Below are positions 11,320-20,146 of a DNA stretch of 38,404 nucleotides, piece by piece. Location: positions 1 to 38,404 of the forward strand of contig JANOTL010000204.1 in NCBI GenBank assembly GCA_031416315.1, given 5' to 3'. The notes beneath the pieces are model-generated. The model saw only the letters and a list, made by a program, of their open reading frames with translations, was not told the DNA's origin and did not search any database. How positions within the stretch are numbered: the stretch's first letter is position 1; every line of letters begins with the position of its first letter. Origin of the DNA: Pseudomonadota bacterium (GTDB lineage Bacteria; Bdellovibrionota_B; Oligoflexia; Oligoflexales; CAIYRB01). The position numbers and the translations under genes were made by a program.

Positions 11320-12213
11320 TTACCCGCGCCCGACCAGGATCTTCCGCCGCCGATTCAAGCCGTCGATTCGCCGGATCTGATCTGCCGAAAGCTTCACATC
11401 CGGGTACCGGCGCCCTGCGATCCCTTCCCGGATGCCTTGCCAGCACGCGGCGAGGTGGCCGACGCTGAAGCCCTTGTAGAGATACACGAGCGCGTACATG
11501 CCGGTTCGCCGCCACGCCTCCAGCGCCGGATAATAGCGGTGAAAGATCCAGATCCAGTTGCGGATCATCAGCCGCCAGTAGTCGCGCCCCGGCGCCCGTC
11601 CGGCATCGCTTGGCCGGTGTAGCACCCGCGCCGCTGAGTCGTAGATCAGGCGGTGGCCGGCGCGAATCAGGCGCACCGAAAGGTCCGTCTCCTCGTTGTA
11701 GATGCGGAGGCGCTCGTCGAAGCCGCCTACGGCTAGGAAGACGTCTCGGCGCAAAAGGGCGCCCGCCGCCGAGAACGAATAGGCGTCGAAGACCTGATGC
11801 TCTCGCGGCATGTGCGGCGTCGCATAGATCCACTGATCGACTTTGCGCGACCACCAGTTGTCGATCCGGCACGCGATCAGGGCCGCGTTCGGCTCCGCCT
11901 CGATCCGCGCCACAAGCACTTGCAGCGCCCTTTTCGACAGAACCGCGTCGCTGTCGAGAAAAAAGACGTAGGTCCCGCGCGCCTCGCGCACGCCGACGTT
12001 TCGCGCGATGCAAGGTCCGTCGTTCTTCCCGAGCGCCCGCACCTTGCAGTCGCCGCGGGCCTCGAACTCGGCAACCGAGCCGTCGGTCGAGCCGTTGTCG
12101 ACGACGATGGTCTCGAGCTGCGGCGCGCGCACCTTGCGGAGGTAGTCGAGCGCGAGCCGCACGTCGGCTCGGCGGTTCCAGTTGACGATGACGACGGAAA
12201 CCAGAGGGCTCAA
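11320..12213 (-). CDS. Glycosyltransferase family 2
   Basis: VSVVIVNWN, VVDNGSTDGS, ARNVG, FLDSDA (DxD) and GGFDERL..YNEETDLS.RL. TTGA overlap with the upstream gene. Confidence 0.92.
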   Translation of the reverse strand: MSPLVSVVIVNWNRRADVRLALDYLRKVRAPQLETIVVDNGSTDGSVAEFEARGDCKVRALGKNDGPCIARNVGVREARGTYVFFLDSDAVLSKRALQVLVARIEAEPNAALIACRIDNWWSRKVDQWIYATPHMPREHQVFDAYSFSAAGALLRRDVFLAVGGFDERLRIYNEETDLSVRLIRAGHRLIYDSAARVLHRPSDAGRAPGRDYWRLMIRNWIWIFHRYYPALEAWRRTGMYALVYLYKGFSVGHLAACWQGIREGIAGRRYPDVKLSADQIRRIDGLNRRRKILVGRG

Positions 12214-12488
12214 GCTTGGACCGGGGTTTCCGGCGGGACCGAAGCGGCGGCGTCCGACTTCTTCTTGCGATAGAGGGCGAGCACGAGGCCGCCGATCCCG
12301 CCGACCACGAGGCCGCCGAGCTCCGAGACGTGGAGTTTCTGCATCGACCAGACGGCCGCCGGCTCGCAGTTGGTGCCGAAGCTGACCGGGGGCGTGAACA
12401 GGACGGAGATCACGTAAGGCGTGATGAAGGACATCGCGATCGCGCCGAGCAGGGCGAAGCCGAGAACGAAGTTGAGAGTACGGCTCAT
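12210..12488 (-). CDS. Small membrane protein with two predicted TM helices
   Basis: AAGGAG RBS; two hydrophobic segments flank a loop containing one Cys; basic RKKK follows TM2. Confidence 0.7.
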   Translation of the reverse strand: MSRTLNFVLGFALLGAIAMSFITPYVISVLFTPPVSFGTNCEPAAVWSMQKLHVSELGGLVVGGIGGLVLALYRKKKSDAAASVPPETPVQA

Positions 12489-12623
12489 CGCCTGGCGCTC
12501 CTTGAAGAATGAGGGGGCCATGGTGCCAGACCCACGGACAAGTGTCACCCTCGACCGCGTCGACGTAACAACCTGAAATCTTGATTCATTGTGTTGCGCG
12601 CTGATTCCCTGAGATAATGCCGT

Positions 12624-13508
12624 ATGCCCATGCCCTTGAAGATCGCCTCAGCTGCGCCGCGCCTCCTTGCTTGCGTCTTGGCCACGGCTCTCATGCTCTG
12701 CATCTCGCTGTACGTCGTCCCGGAGGCCTTTCTCGCCTCGCGCGCGTTCACGTTCCTTTGGATCGCGCTTTTCGCTTTCGGCGGAGCGCGGGTCCTTAAG
12801 GGGAAGTGGCGCCGCGTGCCGATCGGCTTGGCGATCCCCGCCGCGCCGGTGCTCGCCATGGCGACGACAGTGGCCTTCGTCTACCTCGACACGCCATTCT
12901 GGGTCGACGCTGGGCTGCGCGCCCGCACGGCATCGAGCCAAGGTGTTCCGCTCTACGTCGTCAGCCACGGCTGGCACACGAGCCTCGCCTTCTCGCCGTC
13001 GGCGCTCGACGACGCGACTTGGAGCGCTGCGTTCGGCGACTGGGCCGACGATCTGCGCACGGCGCCCTACGTCGAGTGGGGCTGGGGCGATGCCGGCTTC
13101 TTCCAGGCAGAGGAAGTGACCCTCGGCCTGACCATCGACGCGTTCGTGACGCCCTCGCCTACCGTGCTGCACGTCGCCCGGCTCGCGACGCGGCCTGATG
13201 CGGCGTTTCCTGAGGCGGCCGTCGTTCGCCTCGAGCTCGAGGCTGAACAGCTCGGCGCTTTAGCTCAGTTTCTCGCGCAGACTTACGCGCTCGGCGCGGA
13301 CCGAAAGCCCGTGATGACAAGCCCCGGGGATTACGGGCCCGCGAGCCGTTTCGTCGCCGCCAACGGGCTCTACTACTTTCCGAACACCTGCAATGTATGG
13401 ACGGCGCGCGGGCTCGCCGCGGCGGGAGTGCCGGTGACGCCGGAGCTGGCGATCACGTCGAAGAATATGTTGGCGCAGGCGGCTCGGTTCGGGGCGCGAT
13501 TGCGCTGA
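12624..13508 (+). CDS. DUF2459 (TIGR02117-like) protein with N-terminal three-TM extension
   Basis: HGWHTSL, VEWGWGD.GFF, TVLHV and Y..NTCNVWTARGL..AGV motifs. Confidence 0.8.
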   Translation: MPMPLKIASAAPRLLACVLATALMLCISLYVVPEAFLASRAFTFLWIALFAFGGARVLKGKWRRVPIGLAIPAAPVLAMATTVAFVYLDTPFWVDAGLRARTASSQGVPLYVVSHGWHTSLAFSPSALDDATWSAAFGDWADDLRTAPYVEWGWGDAGFFQAEEVTLGLTIDAFVTPSPTVLHVARLATRPDAAFPEAAVVRLELEAEQLGALAQFLAQTYALGADRKPVMTSPGDYGPASRFVAANGLYYFPNTCNVWTARGLAAAGVPVTPELAITSKNMLAQAARFGARLR

Positions 13509-13524
13509 GAATCAAGAGTACGCC

Positions 13525-14733
13525 CTACGTTTCCGGCTCGGACGCGCCCGGATCGGTACCGCTCGGATCGACGCCTGGGCTCGGGGACTCGCCGCTTGGA
13601 TACTCGGTGCTTGGATACTCGACGCCGGGGGACTCGCCGCCAGGAAAGACGACATCCGGCGAGCTCGACGGCGTCTCGTCGATCGGCGGGGACTGTGCGT
13701 CGTAGCTGGTCCCCTCGTAATCCGCAAAGTTGGGTTGGTCGGGGTACTTTTCGAGGGTTTCCTCCGACACAAACTTCTCGAAGGGGGGGGTGTCGCTTCC
13801 CGACGCCGACGCCGCTTGGCCGCCGTCAGCGATGGGCTCGTCGTAGGAAGGACGTTTGCTGGGCTCGGTCCCCTCTGACGTGGAGCCACCATTCGAGACG
13901 AACCCGGCGAGCGACGCGGTGTCCTTCTCTTCGTCGCCAGTCGCCTTCGCGGTTTGAGCGCGCTTCTGATCGGACAGCGAAGGGATGTCGTCTGGGTACG
14001 TCTCTTTGTCGCCAATACGACTTCGGTCGAGGGCGAGAGCAAGAAGCGCCAGTCCGGATTTCTTCGCGCCGGTCGACGCGACCTTCGCCCCGGTCCCACC
14101 CGTAGCGCCGATCGCGCCGGGCTTGGCGCTCTTCGCGCCCTTGGAGGAGGCGGCAGGAACTTTCGCGCGCTTGTAGAGGGGGACCGAATAGAGGAGGCGC
14201 TTGATGATGAGCTTCGCCGTCGCGCCACGGGCCGTAGCCGAGCCGCTGTCCGTCAGCGACAATCCCGCGCCAGCCGTCGGCGTACCGAGCGGCGCACGGT
14301 AGACGACGTGACAAGAGGAGCCGGTCACCTTGCTCGTGTTGACCGATTCGATCTTGGCCTGGTCGGCAATCGTGCCGGTGTCGACCGGCGGAATGATCTT
14401 GAATGTGTCATCGGTGAACTTGCCGACGATCTTTTTCTGGTCCTTGTCGCGCAGGTTGCAGCAAGCCGAGACGTATCTCGCGCCCTCGGGCACCTTCGGC
14501 ACCGCGCAGCTGATGCTTTCCGCCAGATACGAGCCGGAGAGCGAGGCCGGCTTGTCCGGGGTGTCGTCGTCCACGGCCGCGGTCGAGCCCGAGTCCTTCT
14601 GAGTGATCGCGCCGGTATCACCCGCCGGTGCCGTGCCGGCGCCGCCGGAACAGGCCGCGACGAGCGCCGCGAGGCAGAGCGACAAAACGCTCTTCCTGGA
14701 TCCGACGCATCGAGTTTTCGGGACGAGACGCAA
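13525..14733 (-). CDS. Hypothetical lipoprotein with Cys-containing N-terminal domain and acidic Pro/Ser/Glu-rich C-terminal tail
   Basis: Lipobox VAAC; four Cys in the mature domain; low-complexity tail. Start uncertain (TTG at 14733 chosen; ORF is open to 14835). Confidence 0.6.
   Translation of the reverse strand: MRLVPKTRCVGSRKSVLSLCLAALVAACSGGAGTAPAGDTGAITQKDSGSTAAVDDDTPDKPASLSGSYLAESISCAVPKVPEGARYVSACCNLRDKDQKKIVGKFTDDTFKIIPPVDTGTIADQAKIESVNTSKVTGSSCHVVYRAPLGTPTAGAGLSLTDSGSATARGATAKLIIKRLLYSVPLYKRAKVPAASSKGAKSAKPGAIGATGGTGAKVASTGAKKSGLALLALALDRSRIGDKETYPDDIPSLSDQKRAQTAKATGDEEKDTASLAGFVSNGGSTSEGTEPSKRPSYDEPIADGGQAASASGSDTPPFEKFVSEETLEKYPDQPNFADYEGTSYDAQSPPIDETPSSSPDVVFPGGESPGVEYPSTEYPSGESPSPGVDPSGTDPGASEPET
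13594..13621. repeat. Short in-frame tandem repeat, 15-bp period
   Basis: GCTTGGATACTCG occurs twice 15 bp apart and encodes EYPS twice. GGGGACTCGCCGC also recurs on either side. Confidence 0.7.
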
Positions 14734-14933
14734 GCGGAGCTCTCGCGATCTGAAAATCAACCTGACCCTGTTCTCGCCTATCGGCGCTTCTCCAGGCGAA
14801 ATTGAACGCAACCGCAGCGACCCTACTAAATTCAATGGTTTCGGTAAGATACGAGGGGCGGAGCAGGCTGGAGTTGCAAGCCCTCGAGTTCAGAACGCAA
14901 TTGTGCCGGCCGAAGAGTGGGGGCGGAGGCCCG

Positions 14934-17021
14934 ATGAAGCCTGATCTCGAGAACCTGAAGCGCAAGATCCGGGAGCGTGTGCGCTCGGTGAAACCGAAGC
15001 TCGACTCGCTGCGCGAGGATCTCCAGATCCGGATCGCCAAGTCGCGGACCTTCAAGGTGTTCGCCCGACGCTGGAGCGCGTTCGCCGCGCTGGCGTGGAT
15101 CGCGGTCGTCGGCGCCCTGGCTTATGCCGAGGTCGGTGAGTTCATCGACGCCAACGTCACCCGCCCGTTCTTCTTCCGCGTACGCGAGAAGTTAGTGAAG
15201 GATCCGGAGCTGGATCCGAAGCTCAAGATCTTGAGCTACGACGACGGCTCGGTCGACAAGCTGCAAAGGCCAGATCTCACCATCGACGACTGGGCGACCG
15301 TCCTGGTCGCGATCGGCGAGCGCAAGCCGCGCATGATCCTGATCGACAAGGTCTTCGGCATCATCTTCGACCCGCTGGGCCGGCGTGAGGAGGCCATCAA
15401 GGCGCTCGCGGCGATGCAGGTGCCGGTGATCGTCGGCGCCTTCGCCACCGAGCGTGAGATCAAGACGCGTACACGACTCGATTTGGATAAAGATCAGTAT
15501 CGGCCGAAGGGCGCGGTCAACGTGCCCGACAATACCTACCTCGGCTGGAACGTCTACGGGCCGAATCCGGCGCTCGCCGCCGCCTTCCGCGGGGCCGGCT
15601 CGCTGCTCTACTTCGACAACGGCGTGGTGAACGCGTTTATCCATCCGAAACCGGACGTCGTCGTGCCGCACATCGCGATCTTCGCGGGCGAGCAGCGCGC
15701 GTTCGAGAACGGCCGGCTCGTCGTCGACGGCGTCAAGCTGCCGACCAACGGCCGCGGGCAAATCCTCGTCAACTTCTCCAAGGTCGACCGCTACTACGAC
15801 CGCCACAAGCGGCTCGGCACCGCCGTCCTGAACGCCCGCGAAGGTAAGCCGATCGAGTACGTCGCCGAGGGGGACACGGTGTTGATTCTCCCGGAGATGT
15901 TCACGGGCTCGACCGACTTCAAGTTCACGCCGATCGGTCTCGTGCCGGGCGGCTTCGTCCTCGCCTCCATGATCAACAGCATCCTTACCGGGAAGTGGCT
16001 CGTGCCCTTCCAAGGGACCGAGGTGCTGATCTTCGGGCTCGGGCTCCTGGGCTTCATTTGGGGCCACATGACGATGGGCGGGCGCTTTTGGGCCGGGCAG
16101 CTCGCGGTCACGGCGACGATGTTCCTGAGCAGCGTCTACTTGTTCAGCTACCATTCGATCGTGGTCTCCGGCCTTCTCCCGACGGTGTCGGCATGGGGCG
16201 CCGCCCTCTTAGGATTCGCGCACCAGACGCGCGAGCGAGAAAGGGAGGCCGCGCGCGTGCGCGACGAGTTGAACGACGCTGCCGAGATCGCCAAGGCCTT
16301 CAGGCCGGACGACGCGCCGACATGGGAGGGCATCACCATCAGCTCCTTCCACCGGAGCTTCACCGAAGCGAGCGGCGACTGGTACGCCTTCCGCGAATCC
16401 CCTTCCGGTCGATTCAAGCACTTCGTGCTTTGCGACATCACGGGCCATGGCGTTCAGGCAGCGCTCGTCGTCTCGATCTGCAAGACGATGCTCGTGATCA
16501 TGGGGAAGACCATGCTGACGGCGATGTCGACCGACGCGAACCGCCTGGAGAGCCGCGAGTTCCTGGCGGGCTACGCCGCCGACCTGAACGGGATGCTGCA
16601 CATCCACGGCAAAGGCCAGCACCTCGTCACCATGCTCGGCTTCACCTTCGACACGCAGGAGAAAGAGCTGATCTACTGCTCCGCGGGGCATCCTTCGCCG
16701 GTCTACGCGACGGCCGACCCGGCCGGCGGGCGCAAGTTCAGCCTCATGGCGATGCGCTCGACCGTGCTCGGCCTCTCCGACGAGGTCATTCTCAAGACCG
16801 TCGTGAAGAAGCTGAAGCCAGGCGACGAGATCGTCGCCTATACCGACGGCCTGCCGATCAACCGCCACGTGCGCTTGGTGACGCAATTCTTCAAGGAAGA
16901 AAAGTACGATCTCAGCAAGGCGCCGAAGACTCTGCTCGACGCGATCTGGGGCAACGAGTACCTGAAATCTGGCAAAACCATCGACGACGACGTCAGCATC
17001 GTCTGGTTCAAGGCGGCCTGA
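14934..17021 (+). CDS. CHASE2 sensor - TM - SpoIIE/PP2C Ser/Thr phosphatase
   Basis: N-terminal TM; CHASE2-like region (PRMILIDKVF, TPIGLVPGG.VLA..INSIL); three TM helices; PP2C motifs SGDWY, CDITGHG, SAGHP, YTDGL and DDVS. GGAGG RBS. Confidence 0.88.
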   Translation: MKPDLENLKRKIRERVRSVKPKLDSLREDLQIRIAKSRTFKVFARRWSAFAALAWIAVVGALAYAEVGEFIDANVTRPFFFRVREKLVKDPELDPKLKILSYDDGSVDKLQRPDLTIDDWATVLVAIGERKPRMILIDKVFGIIFDPLGRREEAIKALAAMQVPVIVGAFATEREIKTRTRLDLDKDQYRPKGAVNVPDNTYLGWNVYGPNPALAAAFRGAGSLLYFDNGVVNAFIHPKPDVVVPHIAIFAGEQRAFENGRLVVDGVKLPTNGRGQILVNFSKVDRYYDRHKRLGTAVLNAREGKPIEYVAEGDTVLILPEMFTGSTDFKFTPIGLVPGGFVLASMINSILTGKWLVPFQGTEVLIFGLGLLGFIWGHMTMGGRFWAGQLAVTATMFLSSVYLFSYHSIVVSGLLPTVSAWGAALLGFAHQTREREREAARVRDELNDAAEIAKAFRPDDAPTWEGITISSFHRSFTEASGDWYAFRESPSGRFKHFVLCDITGHGVQAALVVSICKTMLVIMGKTMLTAMSTDANRLESREFLAGYAADLNGMLHIHGKGQHLVTMLGFTFDTQEKELIYCSAGHPSPVYATADPAGGRKFSLMAMRSTVLGLSDEVILKTVVKKLKPGDEIVAYTDGLPINRHVRLVTQFFKEEKYDLSKAPKTLLDAIWGNEYLKSGKTIDDDVSIVWFKAA

Positions 17022-17022
17022 G

Positions 17023-17622
17023 ATGCCAACCGTCGTCGGTCACTTCCTCATCGGCTCGGGACTTTTCGTGTACGCGCGCCCGTGGCTGCCGCGACCGTGG
17101 AAAAATGTCGGCCCTTTGATCGCCGGCGTCCTGGCGATGGCACCCGACGTCGACGTCGCGGCCTTCCGCTTTGGGATCGCCTACGGCGACCACTTCGGCC
17201 ATCGAGGATTCTCGCATTCGCTCGTGGGCGCATGCTTGTTCGCCGCGCTGGGGACGCTGCGACTGACGATCCGCGCGCGCGCCGACGTCAGGAGCACGGC
17301 ATGGGTGTTCGCGTTGTTGTGCGTTGCCGTCGCCACGCATCCGCTGCTCGACATGCTGACCAACGGCGGCTTGGGTTGCGCGCTGTACGCGCCTTTCGAT
17401 TGGCATCGGCACTTTTGGGCGATTGCGCCGATCCCGGTGTCGCCGATCGGTCTGCATCCGGACGTGCTCCCGGTTTTGGCGTGGGAGATGCTGCTGTTCT
17501 TGCCGTTCTTTCTTGGAGCGCTGGGAGCGCATGGGTTTCACGCCTTGGCGCCGCGGGTGGGATCGGTGGTGTTGGGGCTGGCGGTTCCGGTCGCGGCGTT
17601 TTTGGTTCTGGCGTTGCGGTAG
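17023..17622 (+). CDS. Membrane metal-dependent hydrolase (YdjM/YbcI family)
   Basis: MPTVVGH, PDVDV, FGHRGFSHS, HPLLDMLTNGGLG and PIPVSPIG motifs. Confidence 0.9.
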   Translation: MPTVVGHFLIGSGLFVYARPWLPRPWKNVGPLIAGVLAMAPDVDVAAFRFGIAYGDHFGHRGFSHSLVGACLFAALGTLRLTIRARADVRSTAWVFALLCVAVATHPLLDMLTNGGLGCALYAPFDWHRHFWAIAPIPVSPIGLHPDVLPVLAWEMLLFLPFFLGALGAHGFHALAPRVGSVVLGLAVPVAAFLVLALR

Positions 17623-17757
17623 GACGTGGTGCCTAGGGCTCACCATGGTGAGCGACTGGCTGTCAGAGCTTCTCGGTCGCGTCATTTGGTTATGGTAAGT
17701 GTCTCTCGATCAAATTTAGTTTCGCGCGAAACCAAGTTGCCAACGCCGCAGCGGCTC

Positions 17758-20142
17758 TCACCTCACCGCAATCACCTCCACCTCCCGCGCATCCGCCGCC
17801 CCCAGCTGATCGACCGCCCGAACCACCCACTTGCCCGGCTTGGGCGTCCACGCCAAGGTCTCCCCCGGCGCCGTCTCGCCCAAGAGGGACTCGTCGAGGA
17901 ACCAATAGATGCGGCCCGCATCGGTCGCGGCGCGTGCCGCAAGCAAGATCGGATCGGCGGACCTCCCCGTCTCGACCGGCACCGGATAAATCAGATTCTT
18001 CCGCGGCGATAAGATCTGCACGCCGGAGCTCGCTTTCGCCTGGGCCACCCGCGCACCGCATCCCGCCTCGAACGGCGGCGGCCCCCGGCGCGGCACGCCG
18101 AGCCGCGCGAACGCGCGCAGCGCATCCGTCGGCCAAAACTCGAACGCTCGCTGGACGACCTTCCTCCCGACCGCACCATCCCGCGCCCCGGCCCCCGCCG
18201 TCGCACAAATCCGCCGCCCCGTTGTCGCATCCACCGAAACCATCTTATGGAGACTGCACGTATGCACCGGCGACACCCCCGGAATGAACCAGGTCTCCCG
18301 TAAAACCGAACACGCGGCGCCCGGGAGATTTCCCGACAGCGCGCAAACCTGCACCCGCCTCACCTTGCGCGGCGCCCCAGCCAGAGGCGCGGACGTCGCA
18401 TCCGCGCGCTCCGCCGCCAGCGCGTCGATGACCTTGAATAGCAGCGGACCGGCGGTATCGCGCCCGATCAAGTACGAGTTCGGTCTTCCCTTGAAATCTC
18501 CGAGCCACACCGCGATGACCCATTCGCCGACGACGGCGACCGCCCAAGCGTCGCGCAGGCCGAACGAGGTGCCCGTCTTCCACGCCACCTCGAGGGTCGC
18601 GCGCCGCGCCGGCACGCCGCGTTGCCCCGCGCCGCGCTCGCCCGGCCGTGGGTTCCGCGACAACATGGTCCGCGCCAGGAACGCCGCCTCCGCCGTCAGC
18701 ATCGGCGTGCCCGCAGCCCGCTCCCCCGCCTCGACGAGACGCAAAGGCCGAGCCTTGCCGTCGCCGGCCATCGCGCCGTAGAGCACGGCGAGCTCTTCCA
18801 TCGTCACCTCGGCGCCGCCGATCGCCAGCGTCAGCCCGTAGTGCTTCGCGTCGGAGCGGAACCGCACGCCGCCGCGCGTCAGCATGTCATGAAAGCTCGA
18901 CGCGGTGACGAGGTTCAGCAGATCGATCGCGGGAACGTTGCGGCTTTTCACCAGAGCGCTCGTCGCATCGATCGGGCCAGAGAACGATTTGTCGAAGTTC
19001 TCGGGATCGTAAGAGCCGAAGCCGGAAGGCAAATCGAGCACCAAGCTCAGCGGATGGATGATCCCCTTGTCGAGCGCCTGCGCGTAGAGAAGAGGCTTCA
19101 AGGTCGAGCCCGGGGAACGTCGCGCCCGGATGCCGTCGACCTGCCCGTCGAGCTTCCGGTCGTTGAAATCCGCCGAGCCGGCGTAGGCCCGCGTCCTCAT
19201 CGTCGGGTGATGCACCACGAGCACCGCCGCGTTCTCGATGCCGACCTTGGAGAACGACTCTAGGTGCCGTGAGACGGCCCGCTCCACCAGATCTTGCATC
19301 CCGAGATCGATCGAGGTCACGACCGCCCCCGATTGCCGCGCCGGTGGCGACGGCAGCTGCCGCCGCAAGCGCTCGACAAGATGCGGCGCCCGCCAGGGCA
19401 TCGCGTTGCGATCCCGCGGCTCGAGCTGGTAGGCCTCCTTCACGAGCGCCTTGGCCTCCACCAGCGACGGGCGCAGAGCCAGCGCCAGGACCAAGGCCGA
19501 GGCCTTCTCCGACGCCCGAACTTGGCCGAAGCTGGTCAAAGCCGCGACGCGCGTTCCCGGGCTCTGCGGCAGGAGCGCAAGCCTGAGGGACTCCGGCTCG
19601 GTCAACGCCATCGGCGCCTTGCCGAAGTAGAGCCACGACGCCGCGCCAGCACCCTCGACGTTGCCGCCGTAGGGCGCGAGATTCAGGTACGCCTCCAAGA
19701 TCTCCGCCTTCGACCAGCGGGCCTCGAGGCCGAAGGCGTAGGCAATCTGGCGCATTTTTCCGAAGACGCTGCGCGTCTCGAGCCGCCAGATCAAGCGCGC
19801 GAGCTGCATCGTCAGCGTCGAAGCGCCGGTCGATCCGCTCCCGGTCACCTGGCCGAACGCGGCGCGCCCGAGGGCGAAAGGGTCGACGCCGAGGTGGTAA
19901 TGGAAGCGCCGGTCCTCTTTTGCCAAGGTCGCGCGCACGAGGCTTTCGGCGAAGTCCGCGAGCGGCGTCCACAGTCGGTAGCGGCCGTCGCCCGCCGTCG
20001 TGAGCCGCAGCAGCGCGCCGTTCTCCGCCAGAAACGCGTGCGAAAACGTCAGCTGCCGAAAGGGCGCGGGATCCGGCGTCAGCCGCAGCCCGCCGGCCAA
20101 GGCCGTCAGCGCCATGCAGATGAAGATCGCCGCCTTGCGCAC
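17758..20142 (-). CDS. pbpC: Penicillin-binding protein 1C
   Basis: Transglycosylase motifs EDRRF, GASTLTMQLAR and YLNLAPYGGNVEG; transpeptidase motifs STLK, SRN and KTGT; PBP1C C-terminal domain. GTG start just after the macroglobulin stop codon. Confidence 0.93.
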   Translation of the reverse strand: MRKAAIFICMALTALAGGLRLTPDPAPFRQLTFSHAFLAENGALLRLTTAGDGRYRLWTPLADFAESLVRATLAKEDRRFHYHLGVDPFALGRAAFGQVTGSGSTGASTLTMQLARLIWRLETRSVFGKMRQIAYAFGLEARWSKAEILEAYLNLAPYGGNVEGAGAASWLYFGKAPMALTEPESLRLALLPQSPGTRVAALTSFGQVRASEKASALVLALALRPSLVEAKALVKEAYQLEPRDRNAMPWRAPHLVERLRRQLPSPPARQSGAVVTSIDLGMQDLVERAVSRHLESFSKVGIENAAVLVVHHPTMRTRAYAGSADFNDRKLDGQVDGIRARRSPGSTLKPLLYAQALDKGIIHPLSLVLDLPSGFGSYDPENFDKSFSGPIDATSALVKSRNVPAIDLLNLVTASSFHDMLTRGGVRFRSDAKHYGLTLAIGGAEVTMEELAVLYGAMAGDGKARPLRLVEAGERAAGTPMLTAEAAFLARTMLSRNPRPGERGAGQRGVPARRATLEVAWKTGTSFGLRDAWAVAVVGEWVIAVWLGDFKGRPNSYLIGRDTAGPLLFKVIDALAAERADATSAPLAGAPRKVRRVQVCALSGNLPGAACSVLRETWFIPGVSPVHTCSLHKMVSVDATTGRRICATAGAGARDGAVGRKVVQRAFEFWPTDALRAFARLGVPRRGPPPFEAGCGARVAQAKASSGVQILSPRKNLIYPVPVETGRSADPILLAARAATDAGRIYWFLDESLLGETAPGETLAWTPKPGKWVVRAVDQLGAADAREVEVIAVR

Positions 20143-20146
20143 GGAA

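Noticed and set aside
17673..17700. dif/cer-like site: TTATGGTAAGT resembles a XerD arm and sits at a skew switch
   Set aside because: There is no XerC-like arm at 6-8 bp spacing, and the skew switch is local and recurs at other convergent junctions.
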